NCBI GenBank assembly: GCA_963734575.1
Contig: CAVTHT010000007.1
Location: 224,549 to 288,548 of the forward strand
Length of the DNA stretch: 64,000 nt
Direction of reading: 5' to 3'
From: an uncultured beta proteobacterium
Lineage (GTDB): Bacteria > Pseudomonadota > Gammaproteobacteria > Burkholderiales > Casimicrobiaceae
Within the stretch, counting starts at the first letter, position 1; each line of letters opens with the position of its first letter. Positions 62,532 to 64,000 of this stretch are shown piece by piece. The position numbers and the translations under genes are program-made. The notes below the pieces were generated by a model, which was given only the letters and a program-made list of their open reading frames with translations, searched no databases and was not told the DNA's origin.

Positions 62532-63063
62532 ATGACCCGGCGCCGCCTTGCGATCGCGGCGACCTTCGCGGTCGCCGCGCTGCTCGCGCTGGTGCTGGGG
62601 TTCCTCGCCGGCACCGGCCGGCTCGGCGACCGCAACGACGCGTCGGCCGAGAGCCTGTTCGCCGTGTCGCTTCCCGGATGGCGAGGGACGCGAGCAGTCG
62701 CTCGCCCAGTGGCGCGGGAAGGTGCTCGTGGTCAACTTCTGGGCGACCTGGTGTGCGCCGTGCCGCGACGAGATGCCGCAATTCGTGCGTGCGCAGGGCG
62801 AGTTCGGCCAGCGCGGCCTCCAGTTCGTCGGCATCGCAGTCGACGAGCCCGCGAAGGTGCGGCAATTCGCCCAGGAGATCGGCCTCAACTACCCCGCGCT
62901 CATCGGCGGGTTCGGCGCGATGGAGCTGTCGAAGGTCTACGGCAACAGGCTGATGGCGCTGCCTTTCACCGTCGTCGTGGATCGCAGTGGCCGGATCGTG
63001 CACACGCAACTGGGGCCGCTCGCGCCCGTGAAGCTGCATTCCATCGTGAAGGAGCTGCTCTAG
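62532..63063 (+). CDS. TlpA/ResA-family periplasmic thiol:disulfide oxidoreductase (membrane-anchored thioredoxin); frameshift near 62685
   Basis: N-terminal anchor MTRRRLAIAATFAVAALLALVLGFLAG. ..WRGKVLVVNFWATWCAPCRDEMPQF..LQFVGIAVDEP..is the TlpA-like thioredoxin fold with its CxxC. Confidence 0.7.
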
Positions 63064-63261
63064 CGGCGAATCGGCAACTTCCGGCAATGCTGGACAAGAT
63101 GGGCCCAATTGCGTCAAACTCCCGCAATTCCGCGTCCGGACTTTGCTGATGGCACATTCGAGCGCCCCCGCTCACGCGGCCGTGCTGACGCCGGCCGACG
63201 CGTTCCTGCAGGCAACTTCGCGCAACTTGGCGCAACGATCCACGCACGGCGCGAGGTGACG

Positions 63262-63709
<448 letters not shown>

Positions 63710-63781
63710 CCGGTCGCGCACCGCCGCGCCGGCCACTGCATCCCGGCTGGCGACGCGCGCCAGCTGACTTCCGCGACTCCC

Positions 63782-64000
63782 TTGGCTACCCGCAATCCCA
63801 ACCAGCTGTTCGGCAAGGTGCTCATCGCCAATCGCGGCGAGATCGCGCTGCGCGTGCAGCGTGCCTGCCGTGAACTCAACATCAAGACGGTCGTGGTGCA
63901 TTCGGAGGCCGACCGCGATGCGAAGTACGTGCGCCTGGCCGACGAGTCGGTGTGCATCGGGCCTGCGTCCTCGGCGCAGAGCTATCTCAACATCCCGGCG
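63782..64000 (+). CDS. accC: acetyl-CoA carboxylase biotin carboxylase, N-terminal fragment (continues beyond window end); start uncertain
   Basis: ..[65 protein letters not shown] aligns to the E. coli AccC N-terminus. Confidence 0.8.
   Translation, partial: MATRNPNQLFGKVLIANRGEIALRVQRACRELNIKTVVVHSEADRDAKYVRLADESVCIGPASSAQSYLNIPA

Overview
High-GC (~68-70%) chromosomal segment with Burkholderiales-like gene order (miaB-ybeZ-ybeY-corC-lnt; zapB-zapA-6S RNA; ahcY-holin-metF; cutA-dsbD; accB-accC). The window holds about 65 protein genes and three cis-regulatory or small RNA elements: a cobalamin riboswitch in front of a btuB-btuF / btuC-btuD vitamin B12 uptake locus, a 6S RNA candidate downstream of zapA, and an SAH riboswitch in front of ahcY. 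It also holds a tctCBA tricarboxylate transporter beside a CbbR-like LysR regulator, an oxalate catabolic island (frc - fused FdsG/B - fdsA - ADP-forming acyl-CoA synthetase - oxc) and a mobile-element mosaic directly downstream of oxc. The mosaic comprises an IS3-family element, a ~1.4 kb low-GC insert encoding a secreted protein with a sorting-signal-like tail, a heavily frameshifted IS21-family element that splits a second diverged partial oxc copy, and a 41-bp tandem palindromic repeat array. A malonate module follows (matB, DctPQM-type TRAP transporter, fused MdcD/MdcE without MdcA/MdcC), then housekeeping genes (glxK, tsaC, metK, OYE, ahcY, metF, ilvD, lgt, fxsA, cutA, accBC). A pervasive feature is single-base frameshifts in G/C runs, about 40 across some 25 genes including essential ones. 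This most likely reflects uncorrected indel errors in the assembly rather than genuine pseudogenes, so all boundaries of frameshifted genes are approximate. The most unusual content is the oxalate island with its adjacent mobile mosaic and the MatB + TRAP + stand-alone MdcDE malonate module.
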